From: Octopus sinensis
Lineage: Eukaryota
Reading direction: 5' to 3'
Length of the DNA stretch: 64,000 nucleotides
Assembly: GCF_006345805.1 (NCBI RefSeq)
Contig: NC_043011.1
Coordinates: forward strand, 43,722,464 to 43,786,463
Shown here: in pieces, positions 26,163 to 38,612 of the stretch
Layout: each line of letters begins with the position of its first letter
How positions within the stretch are numbered: the first letter of the stretch is position 1
The notes under the pieces: model-generated
What the model saw: the letters and a program-made list of their open reading frames with translations, nothing else
Database searches by the model: none
Told to the model about the DNA's origin: nothing
Made by a program: the position numbers and the translations under genes

Positions 26163-28203
26163 TATGTAAATAGGCGTAGGAGTGACTGTGTAGTAAGTAG
26201 CTTCCAACCACATGGTTCCGGGTTCAGTCCCCTGCGTGGCACCTTGGGCAGTGTCTTCTACTATAGCCCGGCCGACCAAGCTTGTGAGTGGATTTGGCAG
26301 ACGGAAACTGAAAGAAGCCCGTCGTATATATATTTATATTATATATATATATATATATAGCATATGTGTATGTGTGTGTTGTGTGTATGTTTGTGTGTCT
26401 GTGTTTGTCCCCCCAACATCGCTTGACAACCGATGCTGGTGTGTTTACGTCCTCGTAACTTAACAGTCCGGCAAAAGTGACCGATAGAATAAATACTAAG
26501 CTTACAAAGAATAAGTTCTGGGATCGATCTGCTCGACTAGAGGCGGTGCTCCAGCATGACCACAGTCAAATGACTGAAACAAGTAAAAGAGTAAATGTAT
26601 TCTTTAACACGTTATAACTGAAAGGCTCCGTAATTTAAGCACGCGTAGTTACACGTTTCCCATTATTCAACCGGTAATCCGGACATGCTCTTTATTGGCT
26701 AATCTTTATATATTTTAAAAATATTATACAAAAGTTATAAAGTAAACACTTATCTTATGTTTTTTTAAATTCTTTTTATTTAAACATCCTGCTAGTAACA
26801 CGCCCAAAACAGATTCTTTCAATCTGACATTTTTGTCATTTTCGTGTTGGTACACGAGGAAATACTCGAGACGACTTTTACAATATACGAGTGAGATCAC
26901 TAACAATAAGCTTCCAAGAAATTGCAGCATTGTTTAATATTTTAAATATTTTATAAGCAATACATGTTATTTCATAAGCGTGTGTGGATGGGTGTGTTGT
27001 ATGTGTATGTATTCTTTTTTAATAAGCCAACTTCGAAACAAATACTTTTTCTCCCCGAAGCAGGACGAAATTCAAGAAGGCTGGTATTTACTCAAAATTT
27101 ACTTAACTCCAAGCATACTGGGTGCTAATAACTTTATTCCTTTATCTTTTATCTTTTACTTGCTTCGGTCATTTGACTGCGGCCATGCTGGAGCACTGCC
27201 TTTAGTCGAGCAGATCGACCGCAGCACTTATTCTTTGTAAGCCTAGTACTTATTCTATCGGTATTTTTTGCCGAACCGCTAAGTTACGGGGACGTAAACA
27301 CACCAGCGTCGGTTGTCAAGCGATGTTGGGGGGGGGGGGCAAACACAGACGCACACACACACACACACATACACACGCACACACACAAACACACATACAT
27401 ATATACGACGGGCTTCTTTCAGTTTTCATCTACCAAATCCATTCACAAGGCTTTGGTCGGCCCGAAGCTATAGTAGAAGACACTTGCCCAAGGTACCACG
27501 CAGTGGGACTGAACCCGGAACCATGTGGTTGGTAAGCAAGCTACTTACCACACAGCCACTGTTGCGCCTATGATCATTAAAAAAAAAATTTTAATGTTTA
27601 AAAGTTCTTACGATCGTTTCATAAATATACTTCCTCTCAAAATGAAATCTAAAGTTGATAAGCATTGTTGGGAAGTATATCCACTCATCAGAGAAAAGGA
27701 TGAATTTCAGTGGAAGAAATCGGACGAGGGGAAATGCTATTTAAAATCGAATGAGGAAGATGCTGTTTAAAAAATTATTGGTATAAATCTGTTGATATAA
27801 ATTTTTTACTCTCTAACATACACATACATGCATGGATGCATGTGTGCATTATATGTGTGTATATTTGAACAATTTAATCAATTTCACGCTCAGGCAATTC
27901 TCAGACAACATGCTATAGATCTCTTACATGCCGAGGCAACGGGGATTACAGGGGAACGAAGGAGGGAATTACAAACCTGCAGGAAAATGGTTCGGAACAG
28001 TGGCCGCTTGTTTTCAAAACAATGACCACTGAGAAATCTGGTTGCATCTCGGGTGATTGAGCAGCCCTTTTCCAAGAGTAACACTGATCAACTATCAACC
28101 AGGAAGGGACCCAGAAAAATGGTTCCATCATGGATTACCAGGATTACCAAATTCTGGGACTGGCCATATAGCCATGTGGCTGGCGAATGTCTTCTTTTGA
28201 TGG

Positions 28204-28400
28204 ATTTCCATGGTAACATTTAAGAAATGTCTAACTGTTCAAGAAGTGGTCGTACTCAGACACCAGTTGATTCCTACCTCACACACACACACACACGTAT
28301 GAACGTCAGATGTACATTTATAACATCTTTTCGTTCTCAGTGACATACCAAGCTAAATATGGGCAACAGGTCACGTGATTTAACAAGAGCAGTGACGTCA
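28204..28400 (+). promoter_or_regulatory. Candidate promoter: RFX X-box-like site, palindromic E-box and full CRE
   Basis: ATTTCCATGGTAAC at 28204-28217, GTCACGTGA at 28370-28378 and TGACGTCA at 28393-28400, about 135-330 bp upstream of the ATG at 28535. Confidence 0.45.
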
Positions 28401-28534
28401 TCAATGGGCGATTATTTCAGAATGGGCTATTCTTCTATCATGTCTGTCTTTATTGATCTTAAAATTCTTCACTGATATTTTGACATGAAATACAGAAACC
28501 TTTAATATTTCAGATAACCTATTCAAAAATAACA

Positions 28535-28595
28535 ATGCCACACATTTTGATATTTTTCCTGACTATCTCCGTAGCAAAATCAGCCATAACTACAG
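28535..28595 (+). CDS. Uncharacterised membrane protein, exon 1 (signal peptide)
   Basis: ATG in an ACAATG context. Reads MPHILIFFLTISVAKSAITT(G). The phase-1 donor AG|gtgatt matches the phase of the next exon. Confidence 0.65.
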
Positions 28596-28615
28596 GTGAT
28601 TTATTATTATTATTA

Positions 28616-28650
<35 letters not shown>

Positions 28651-28669
28651 TTTTTTTTTTTTCTTCTTC

Positions 28670-28953
28670 TTTCAAATTTGCTTCCATTTCTTGCCGAGTG
28701 TCTTCCCGACTCCTAAGGCAAAGAAACTCATAGTATACATTGGCAGGCCATTAAACTAACTCAATAGTTCGTTCATTTTTTTTTTAAGTTAAATTAAAAT
28801 ACATGGTAGTAATAGTTCTCACATCGACAATGCTCTTCTCAATACGTGTGATGTACCAGTTAAGACAATCTTTTGCACTTCTTGCAGGGATGGTAAGCCA
28901 GGGATCATTCTCATATAATTTTAGGTTCCCTTCTTGATCATTCCTAGTGCTCC
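28670..28953 (-). mobile_element. R4/Dong-clade 3' end; a second 3'UTR copy lies at about 29390-29563
   Basis: Minus strand reads GALGMIKKG...LQEVQKIVLTGTSHVLRRALSM*. Flanked by (TAA)n. Confidence 0.8.
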
Positions 28954-28969
28954 ATTATTATTATTATTA

Positions 28970-29014
<45 letters not shown>

Positions 29015-29030
29015 CAATAATAATAATAAA

Positions 29031-29365
29031 AGTCAAAATTAAAAGAAGGGTGCCATTGTTATCTAGTGAACGATATTTCGACATCTCGTGTGTCTTCAAC
29101 ATGTTAAAAAAATAATTTTGCCAATCTACTTCATTTTGGTTAATATATAAAAGTTTGAGGTAACTCCTCCAGAAGATATAGAGTCAAAATTAAAAGAAGA
29201 GTGCTATTGTTATCTATCCTTTATAGATGGTTGACAAAATTATTTTTTGAACCAGTTGAAGACACACGGGATGTCGAAAAAATCGTTCACTAGATAACAA
29301 TGGCACTCTTCTTTTAATTTTTGACTCTATTATCTTCTGGAGCAGTTAACTTAATCCTTTATATT
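29031..29365. mobile_element. Penelope-like partial-tandem plus inverted terminal repeat in (TAA)n
   Basis: 29031-29123 and 29140-29216 are both reverse complements of parts of 29231-29365. Hammerhead-like motif at 29248-29289. Confidence 0.65.
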
Positions 29366-29560
29366 ATTATTATTATTACTTTTTTTCTTCTTTCAAATTT
29401 GCTTCCATTTCTTGCCGAGTGTCTTCCCGACTCCTAGGGCAAAGAAACTCATAGTATACATTGGTAGGCCATTAAACCAAACTCAATAGTTCGTTCATTT
29501 TTTTTTTAAGTTAAATTAAAATACATGAGCAGCAACAGTTCTCACATCGACAATGCTCTT

Positions 29561-29673
<113 letters not shown>

Positions 29674-29904
29674 TATAAGGCGACGAGCTGGCAGAATCGT
29701 TAGCGCACGGGGCGAAATGCTTAGTGGTATTTCGTCTGCCACTACGTTCTGAGTTCGAATACCACCGAGGTCGACTTTGCCTTTCATCCTTTCGGGGTCG
29801 ATGAATTAAGTACCAGTGAAACACTGAGGTAGATGAAATCGACTTACCCCCTCCCCGCAAATTTCAGGTCTTGTGCCTATGGCAGAAAAGATTATTATTA
29901 TTAT

Positions 29905-30780
29905 TGTTGTTATTCTGAAAGACTCTCGGATAGTTCTTAATTACCGTTTGTTCTTTACTCAAAAGCAGGCAATAACAAATCACCAAAGGTTTCAAGTAGT
30001 GCTTTCTCGTGTGACTCAAAAGAGACAATACTCTCCTTAGAATGCGAGCTGCACCCAACAATGCTGTCTTCTGGATCACCTCGAGCCTAACAGCAGTTCC
30101 AATATTCTTAATATGTTTTTCAAAGCCCTTGGAAACTGCTCCTAATGCTCCAGTTACCACCGGTATCACCATTACTTTCATCATGCCCCATAACTTTCCT
30201 ATCTCGTCCTGCAGTGGCTAGTATTTCTAAATCATATTTTTGTTTCCTTATATTTCACCCTCAAATGCCTGATATTGCAACATCTATAATCTTTACTTCT
30301 TTTTCATCTTCATGGATGAGCATGATATCTGGTCGTCTCGCCTCTATGACTTGGTCTCACTGCAGGTTAAAACCTCACAGTATTTTGTGATGTTCGTTTT
30401 CCATTACTCCTTCTAGCTTGTGTTCATACCATCGTTCGACTCTCTCGAGGTTTGCTTTACCACACAACAACCAGCGGACATATCTGACCACATTGTCGTG
30501 TCTCCTTTTGTATTCGCGTTGTGCGAGCTTACAGCACTCACTAACAATATAGCTTATACTTTCTCTTTTCTCAGAGCACATCCTACACTGTGGCAAGTCA
30601 GTGCTTTTATCAATGTGATATTTGAAGTAGTTTGTTCTGAGAGCTTGTTCTTGAGTGCGGCACACTAATGCCTCAGTAGGCCCTTTGAAGTCTCCTTTCT
30701 GCTGCCAGTGTCAGGTTCTATTCCAATCATGTACTTGGTGTACGGTGGGTGAGCTTTTCCATTTCTACATTCCTGATTCC
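29905..30780 (-). mobile_element. R4/Dong-clade non-LTR retrotransposon 3' fragment (restriction-like endonuclease)
   Basis: CRMC...ESISYIVSEC knuckle region, RHDNV, RPDI..IIDVA, PVVTGALG, QKTALLGAARILRRVL. The 3' end runs into (TAA)n. Confidence 0.88.
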
Positions 30781-30900
30781 TAGAGCGCCAATAACAATTG
30801 GTATTATTAGTTCAGTCTTCATACTCCATATCCTGTTGATTTCGATCGCCCGTTGTCTTTATAGTTGGTCAACTTTCTCTTAAACGGTATAGTAATATTC

Positions 30901-32071
30901 TTTTCTACTCTAGGCACAAGATCCGAAATTTTTGGGAGGGGGCCAGCCGATTAGATCGATCCCAGTATGCAACTGGTACTTAATTCATCGACCCCGAAAG
31001 AATGAAAGGCAAAGTCAACCTCAGCGAAATTTCAACTCAGAACGTAAAGACGGACGAAATACCTATTTCTTTACTAACCACAGGGAGGACAAACAAGGAC
31101 AGACAAACAGATTAAATCGATTATATCGACCCCAGTGCGTAACTGGTACTTATTTAATCGACACCGAAAGGATGAAAGGCAAAGTCGACCTCAGAACGTA
31201 AAGACTTACGAAATACCGCTAAGCATGATAACGTTTCTGCCAGCTCGCCGCCTTAGAGAGATATAGTAATATTATTTTCTACTCTAGACACAAGGCCCGA
31301 AATTTTTCTGGAGGGGCTAGTCGATTAGATCGACCCCAGTACGCAACTAGTATTTAATTTATCGAATCCCGAAAGCATGAAAGGTAAAGCTGACCGCGGT
31401 GGAATTTGAACGCAGAAGGTAAAGACAGAAGAAATACAGCTAATGATTTCGGCCGGCGTGCAAACGTTTCTTATTTCTTTACTGCCCACAAGGGGCTACA
31501 CACAGAGGGGACAAACAAGGACAGACAAACGGATTAATTCGATTATATCGACCCCAGTGCGTAACTGGTACTTATTTAATCGACCCAGAGGGGATGAAAG
31601 GCAAAGTCGACCTCGGCGGAATTTGAACTCAGAACGTAAAGACGGACGAAATATCTATTTCTTTACTACCCACAAGGGGCTACACACAGAGGGGACAAAC
31701 AAGGACAGACAAACGGATTAAGTCGATTATATCGACCCCAGTGCGTACTGGTACTTATTTAATCGACCCAGAGGGGATGAAAGGCAAAGTCGACCTCGGC
31801 GGAATTTGAACTCAGAACGTAAAGACGGACGAAATATCTATTTCTTTACTACCCACAAGGGGCTACACACAGAGGGGAAAAACAAGGACAGACAAACGGA
31901 TTAAGTCGATTATATCGACCCCAGTGCGTAACTGGTACTTAATTTATCGACCCCGAAAGGATGAAAGGCAAAGTCGACCTCGGCGGAATTTGAACTCAGA
32001 ACGTAACGGCAGACGAAATACCGCTGCGCATTTCGCCCGGCATGCTAACGATTCTGCCAGCTCACCACCTT
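30901..32071 (-). mobile_element. Tandem/nested array of tRNA-derived SINE family B
   Basis: Units with B-box GAGTTCAAATTCC and central GCCTTTCATCCTTTCGGGGTCGATAAATTAAGTACCAG. Three near-identical units of about 185 bp at 31470-32070. Confidence 0.9.
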
Positions 32072-32869
32072 AGAAAGGCATAGCAATATTGTTAAACAAA
32101 CACTTCATATTATTCCTACCCTTCTTAATATTATCAGGCTTTTTGTTCATTTCTTCAGCGCAACAGTGTTGGGCATACCTCTACGTGATGACATCTTTAC
32201 TGTCAATGGCGGTGTTTCTTCCTCGTCTCGATCTTGTAAATCTTGTTCATTTTTTTTTTAGTGGAGTATTGTCAGTTTATGTCACTTTGACACAATTACT
32301 CCATGAATAATGAATATAGTGTTTGGTTTCATGCAACACTCACAATTGCTTTTAATATTACTATTGCTGTCTTTGAAACTTGTTTGAGTATTTGAACTAT
32401 TTCCACTTTCATTTATTAAACTTTCACTAAATTATTCGTTTTCTTCCTCAATTATTATTATTATTATTATATTATTATATTATTATATTATTATTATTAT
32501 TATATTATTATTATTATCTTATATATATATTTGTATGATCATTTGTGTGTTTTTTGTCCGTCTTTTATTTGCTATTGGAGTGTTCAGTCACGTGGCATAT
32601 TCACGTTTGGCAAGTATTTTCAATAAGATTTTTTAAAGTTTGTAAACTAAGTCATTATTATTGACGAACCTCTCCACCCACGAGTATTGAGATTAGGCGT
32701 TTCTTAAGAAGTTTATTGTCCATTTCTAAGAGTTCGCCAAAGAAAATTTCATTTGCTAATACTTTAAAATATCGCGTCTCGAGGAAAGAAGAAAACTGAA
32801 AATGGCTGTTTTCACTCAACAAAAGTCAAAGAAGAAGAAGAAGAAGATGATGATGATGATGACGATGAC

Positions 32870-32906
<37 letters not shown>

Positions 32907-33529
32907 CAGCAGCAGCAGCAGCAGCACCACCACCACCACCACCACCACCAGGCAGTGGCTCTCATGGCTTCTGATCTTAACTGATTGGAAGTGTTGTCAT
33001 GGACATTGTTTTGTCTTGGTATAAAAGATGGGCTACAGCAAATATTCTGCTCAATACCACAGATTTGCTTGTCAGTTATTTGACCTTAACCACTTGAGCA
33101 TGTCCCTTAGTGGCTGACGATATGTGCATCTCTGATCACGAGCAGAAGTAGTGGGGGACCATCATAACCATGTGTTGAAAGGAATTCTTGAAGGTTTGGA
33201 TAATTCACCTTTGGAAACATGGGTGGTTTGTTCAACACCCTTAGACAATCCTTATTCAGGAACCTTTTGAGCGGGATGGGTTGCTCGACCAGAAGAAAAT
33301 TCTAACTGTGCCCCACCTGCATGGTCACGCGCTGTTTATCTTGATATGAGATCACCATGTCGCGCACATATGGTTGTGATGCCTGTGCATGGTATACCCT
33401 TATCAGACAAGTAGTCATGATGGGTATACTGGGACTGCTGGTGGGAGTTTATTTCATTGCTGTATAGTTTGTTTCTTGTGTTTGTGGGTTGTTCTTTTTA
33501 GGTTGTATTGTTTTTTTTACCTTTATGCC

Positions 33530-33770
33530 TCACATCTTGAATACTTCAATTTTGGGCAACCCGAGGTGATGTGGTCGTCTGTCTCACTGTGCTGATTGCA
33601 CTTTCTGCATTTGGTGCGGCGGCCTGTCTTCATTATTTTGCTTTTATAATTGTTTGTAGTCAGGCATTGGTCTTTCTGTTTCAGCTTTTGTGCCATCGTT
33701 AGCTTTTACTTAGTCTCACTTCCTCTCTGTCAAGCCTTGCGGGGCATTGGCCTTGAAGGGATTTTTCTCT
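33530..33770 (-). mobile_element. Decayed R4/Dong-like fragment (CCHC knuckle)
   Basis: Minus strand reads KCRKCNQHSETDDHITSGCPKL. Confidence 0.6.
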
Positions 33771-33806
33771 CCATTATTACTATCATTATTATTACAATTA
33801 TTATTA

Positions 33807-33844
<38 letters not shown>

Positions 33845-33903
33845 TCGTTTGTCTGTCCTTGTTTGTCCCCTCTGTGTGTAGCCCCTTGTGGGTAATAAAG
33901 AGA

Positions 33904-33959
<56 letters not shown>

Positions 33960-33977
33960 GTAGTAGTAGTAGTAGTA

Positions 33978-35251
33978 GTAGGTTGTCAAGAAAGTTCTGC
34001 GGTTTTTAACCTTTAAATTCAGATGCACATATCTCGGTTCAATGAAAACTTTATTAATCGAAATAAACACCACCAGAATCAACACACCTTTGCCAACGCG
34101 AAACAAGTTTATTTATGCGTTTTGGTTGTGATGAAGTTGTTGAAGGCGTGTTTGGCATCGTCTTGGTTTTTATAAGCATTTCTGACGCAGGAAGTTGTCT
34201 AGATGCTTGAAAAGGTGGTAGTCGATAGGCGAGAGGTCTGGTGAGTATGGTGGATAAGGCAGAGTTTCGTAGCCCAATTCGTTCAACTTCTGCAGGGTCA
34301 GTTGTGCGACGTGCGGCCGAGTGTTGGAGTGTTGGAGAAGAATTGGTCCTTTTCTATTGACCAATGTTGGCTGTTGTTGTCGGAGTTTCTTATGCATTTC
34401 GTCCATTTGCTGACAGTACTTTTCTGCCGTAATGGTTTCGCCTGGATCCGAAAAGCTCTGATGGATGAGACCGGCCGCAGACCACCAAACAGTCACCATG
34501 ACCTTCTTTTGGTGCAACTTTGGCTTCGGGAAGTGCTGTGAAGTTTCGTCGGCGTCCAGCCACTGAGCTGAGCGTCTCCAGTTGTCGTAAAGAATCCACT
34601 TTTCATCGCAAGTCACAATCCGGTCGAGAAACGGGTCGTTCTTGTTGCGTAAAAGAAGGGAAGATGACACTTCAAAACGGCGTTTTTTGTTTTTTTGGTT
34701 GTCGTTCAATTCGTGCGGCACCCATTTCTCAAGTATTTTTGTTTTTCCAATCTATTTCAAGAAGTTGGAAATTGTCGTATACGTTATGTCTAATTCAGAA
34801 GCAAGCTCTCCAACAGTTGTGCTTGAATTGGCTTCCACTAAGGCTCTTAGTTGATCGTTGTCAACATCAGATGGCCGACCACGACGCTTATCATCTTCAA
34901 GACTCTCGTCACCGCTACGATATTTCGTGAACCACCATTGTGCTGTACGTTCATTAGTGGTTCCTGGGCCAAACGCATCGTTGATATCGTGAGCTGTTTC
35001 AGCAGCTTTTCGGCCTAGCTTGGACTCGAATAAGAAAATTGTGCGAATTTGCTTTTTGTCCATGTTGTATTCAACGTTCCGGAAAAAAAATGGCCAAATT
35101 ATTCAAAAAGAAAAAGAGTAACACGATTAGATAGAGCAAAAAACGGGCTTTAAAATGACATATAAAGTCAATGTAATTTAATGAAAAATTAATTTGAAAA
35201 TACATCATTTAAAACCAAAATTAAAAATTCCGCAAGAACTTTCTTGACAAC

Positions 35252-35255
<4 letters not shown>
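33978..35255 (-). mobile_element. Full-length mariner (DD34D, Hsmar1/cecropia-like) DNA transposon
   Basis: TIRs GTAGGTTGTCAAGAAAGTTCT... and ...AGAACTTTCTTGACAACCTAC, TA flanks, about 1.28 kb. Confidence 0.95.
34040..35063 (-). pseudogene. Disrupted mariner transposase
   Basis: MDKKQIR...HTH region, [14 protein letters not shown] and [10 protein letters not shown] motifs. Frameshifts near 34750 and 34170. The second catalytic Asp motif reads HSNTRPH instead of HDNARPH. Confidence 0.92.
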
Positions 35256-35290
<35 letters not shown>

Positions 35291-35309
35291 AATGTTGTCT
35301 TGGTCACAG

Positions 35310-35518
35310 GGAAAAGCCACAACCGCAGTAAGAGACGCAACGTAGACATTGCGCCAATAGATCCTGATCTCGTCATTGTTAATACTGACCGGAGTCCGAC
35401 AAATCCCGACCTGATCATTATTAATACTGAACCGAGTACAAAAAAAACTGAGCAGTCCACTACCACCCCATATTCTACCGAAGACGCTTACGATATACCC
35501 GAGAACGACGTAACGCAG
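35310..35518 (+). CDS. Uncharacterised membrane protein, exon 2 (RSKR site, 14-aa repeat, S/T/acidic stalk)
   Basis: Acceptor tcttggtcacag, donor CAG|gtgagt. Reads GKSHNRSKRRNVDIAPIDPDLVIVNTDRSPTNPDLIIINTEPS...ENDVTQ. Confidence 0.8.
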
Positions 35519-35671
35519 GTGAGTCAAAAGAATAGCTTTTTATTACTTAAATTACTGATGTGAAGGCAGTGTCTTTTTTTTTTTTTTTCATACTAAACTT
35601 TACTATTGCATATACCCATTAGTAGAGAATTTCAGCCGTCACTGCATTTATGAATCAATTAAATTCATAAA

Positions 35672-36815
35672 AGCGATACGCTAGCAGAATCGTTGGTACA
35701 CCGGGCGAAATGCTTAGCTGTATATCGTCTGCCGTTACGTTCTGAGTTCAAATTTCGTCAAGGTCGACTTTGCCTCTCATCCTTTCGGGGTCGATAAATT
35801 AAGTACCAGTTACACACTGGGATCGATGTAATCGACTTAATCCCTTTGTCTGTCCTTGTTTGTCCCCTCTATGTTTAGCCCCTTGTAGGCAATAAAGAAA
35901 TAAAAAAAACATTAGCATGCTGGATGAAATGCTTAGCTGTATTTCGTCTGCCGTTACGTTCTGGGTTCAAATTCCGTCGAGGTCGATAAATTAAGTACCA
36001 GTTACGCACTGGGATCGATGTAATCGACTTAATCCCTTTGTCCTTGTTTGTCTCCTCTATGTTTAGACCCTGTGGGCAATAAAGAAATAAGAATCGTTAG
36101 CACGCTTGACAAAATACTTCTTCCGAATCTCTATGTTCTGAGTTCAAATGCACCGGAAGACGACTTTGTACTTCATCGATCTAGGGTAAAAGAAATAGGT
36201 ACCTGTTGAATATTGGGGTCGACGAAATCGATTAACCTCCTCCCATCAAAAACTGTTGGTCGTGTGCCGCCAAACTTAGAAAGAATTTAATGAAGACGGC
36301 AAACTGGCGGAATCATTAGCACACCGGGCAAAATGCTTAGTGGTATGTCGTCTGTCTTTACGTTCTGAATTCAAATTCCGCCGAGGTCGACTTTACCTTT
36401 CACCAGTTGCATATTGGGGTCGATCGAATCGACTGGCCTCCTTCTCCAAAATTTCGGGCCTTGTGCCTTGAGTAGAAAAGAAATCATTAGCATTCCAGAT
36501 AAAATGCTATGCGGTATTTCTTCCGGCTGCTGGCAGATGCGTTAGCACGCCGGGCGAAATGCCGTTACGTTCTGAGTTCAAATTCCGCCGAGGTCGACTT
36601 TGCCTTTCATCCTTTCGGGGTCGATAAATTAAGTACCAGTTACGCACTGGGGTCGATGTAATCGACTTAATACCTATGTCTGTCCTTGTTTGTCCCCTCT
36701 GTGTTTAGCCCCTTGTGGGTAATAAAGAAATAGGTATTTCTTCCGGCTTTATGATCTGAATTCAAATACCGCAGAGGTCAACTTTGCCTTTCATCCTTTG
36801 TGGGTTGATTAAGAT
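35672..36815 (+). mobile_element. Array of SINE family B; further copies or arrays at 4190-4422(-), 7773-8188(+), 29678-29895(+), 40030-40890(+), 44130-44366(+) and 54786-55015(-)
   Basis: Same head and central domain, with two alternative 3' tails. Confidence 0.9.
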
Positions 36816-36863
36816 AAGTTCTGTAATCCCTCGACTATCGCGGGTGTTACGATCCACCCCTTC

Positions 36864-36897
<34 letters not shown>

Positions 36898-37297
36898 GAC
36901 GAGTTTCTTTCAGTTTCCGTCTACCAAATCCCGTCACAAGGCTTTGGTCGTCCCGAGGCTATAGCAGAAGACACTTGCCCAAGGTACTACGCTGTAGGAC
37001 TGAACTCGAAGCAAGCATCCTACCACACAGTGAAGCCCGCGGCCATATCCACGTCTTACTCTCTTTTACTCATTTACTTGTTTCAGTCATTTGAGTGTAG
37101 CCATGCTGGAGCACCGCCTTTAGTCGAGCAAATCGACCCCAGGACTTATTCTTTGTAAGCCTAGTACTTATTCTATCGGTCTCTTTTGCTGAACCTTTAA
37201 GTTACGGGAACGTAAACACACCAGCATCGGTTGTCAAGCGATGTTGGGGGGACAAACACAGACGCACAAACATACACCTCCCACACACACGCGCATA

Positions 37298-37528
37298 TAT
37301 AAACTTAGATATGTTTCAACCAAAGATTGGTTCAGGCCATGTCTAACTTAATAGCACCACCTGATAAGATTATTTGAATCCTGTTTAAGTCAAGTTTTGT
37401 TTATGGTCCATTCAAGTAGTGAGTTTTTGTTGGGTGAGTTGTATCCAATTATGGGTGGCTTATCTGGTATTCCTTGAAGGAATCTATCCAGACTCCGTTT
37501 AAAGTTGATGGGATCCTTTTCCTCTTTG
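37298..37528 (-). mobile_element. CR1/L2-group LINE 3' end inserted in a SINE microsatellite
   Basis: Minus strand reads FKRSLDRFLQGIPDKPPIIGY...NSLLEW. Confidence 0.65.
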
Positions 37529-38120
37529 ATATATATATATATATGATGATGAGATTCTTTCAGTTTCCGTCTACCAAATCCACTCACAGGATTTTGGTCG
37601 GCCCGAGGTTATAGTAGAAGACACTTGCCCAAGGTGCCAAGCAGTGGGACTGAACCCGGAACCATGTGGTTGGTAAGCAAGCTACTTACCACACAGCCAC
37701 TCCTACGCCTATTTACTAGTCTTGTTCATTTAATTAAAGTTAATTTATTAGGTCCAATGGTAGAAAGCCTGTCAAGTTTACAGGAGATGTGGGTTCGTAC
37801 CCCATGGGCAGCCTTTAATGTTTTTTTTTTATTTAAGTTGTTTTTAACTCAATTTTTACACGCTTCGCAATCCAATTACTAAGAAAGCCAATAAAATATA
37901 AATGAAAAAATGCAAGGGAGATAACTCTAACCATGGCTCTCGCAAATCAAATTATTTTTATATTTTAGTATATTTTAGTATTTTTATTGTTCTTTTTTTT
38001 TTGTGTGGTAGGTGTGAAGGCAAGTGGACTCTTGGTTAGAAGTCCTTTCGTCGCCATTCGTGACCTTTTTAATGACGTACCTTCTTTATATATTTCTTGG
38101 TGTTGTTGTTGTTGTCGACA

Positions 38121-38500
38121 GGAGGCGCAATGGCCCAGTGGTTAGGGCAGCGGACTCGCGGTCATAGGATCGCGGTTTCGATTCCCAGACCGGGCGTTGT
38201 GAGTGTTTTTTGAGCGAAAACACCTAAAGCTCCACGAGGCTCCGGCAGGGGATGGTGGTGATCCCTGCTGTACTCTTTCACCATAACTTTCTCTCACTCT
38301 TACTTCCTGTTTCTGTTGTACCTGTATTTCAAAGGGCCGGCCTTGTCACTCTCTGTGTCACGCTGAATATCCCCGAGAACTACGGTAAGGGTACACGTGT
38401 CTGTGGAGTGCTCAGCCACTTACACGTTAATTTCACGAGCAGGCTGTTCCGTTGATTCGGATCAACCGGAACCCTCGTCGTCGTAACCGACTGAGTGCTT
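38121..38500 (+). mobile_element. tRNA(Arg-like)-derived SINE family C; a near-identical copy at 41301-41680 and related minus-strand copies at about 8470-8755 and 24380-24500
   Basis: Head GGCGCAATGGCCCAGTGGTTAGGGCAGCGGACTCGCGG..GGTTTCGATTCCC. TSD GTTGTCGACA here and ATATGGTTACC for the 41.3-kb copy. Confidence 0.88.
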
Positions 38501-38612
38501 CTATATATATGTTGTCGACACTAACCATCATTAATTCTCCGGCTGAGATTTACTTGTCTATGTTTGTTTGTTTTGGTAATGATTCTCAAGTCAGCTACAT
38601 ACACATGTAAAT

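Noticed and set aside
26724-26930. Minus-strand ORF beginning with a signal-peptide-like MLQFLGSLLLVISLVYC
   Set aside because: No convincing donor site or downstream coding exon. Joining it to 23455 gives only a short unrecognisable peptide.
27893-28200. GC-richer coding-looking patch upstream of the novel gene
   Set aside because: Weak donor, stops in all frames beyond about 45 codons and no recognisable motif; possibly a decayed element.
34170-35063. Active transposase or SETMAR-like domesticated gene
   Set aside because: Two frameshifts, loss of the second catalytic Asp, intact TIRs and no SET-domain exons nearby.
38121-38195. tRNA-Arg gene, and other tRNA-like heads at 22404, 37751 and 41220
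   Set aside because: A and B boxes are present but there is no closing acceptor stem, and each continues into a SINE body or repeat.
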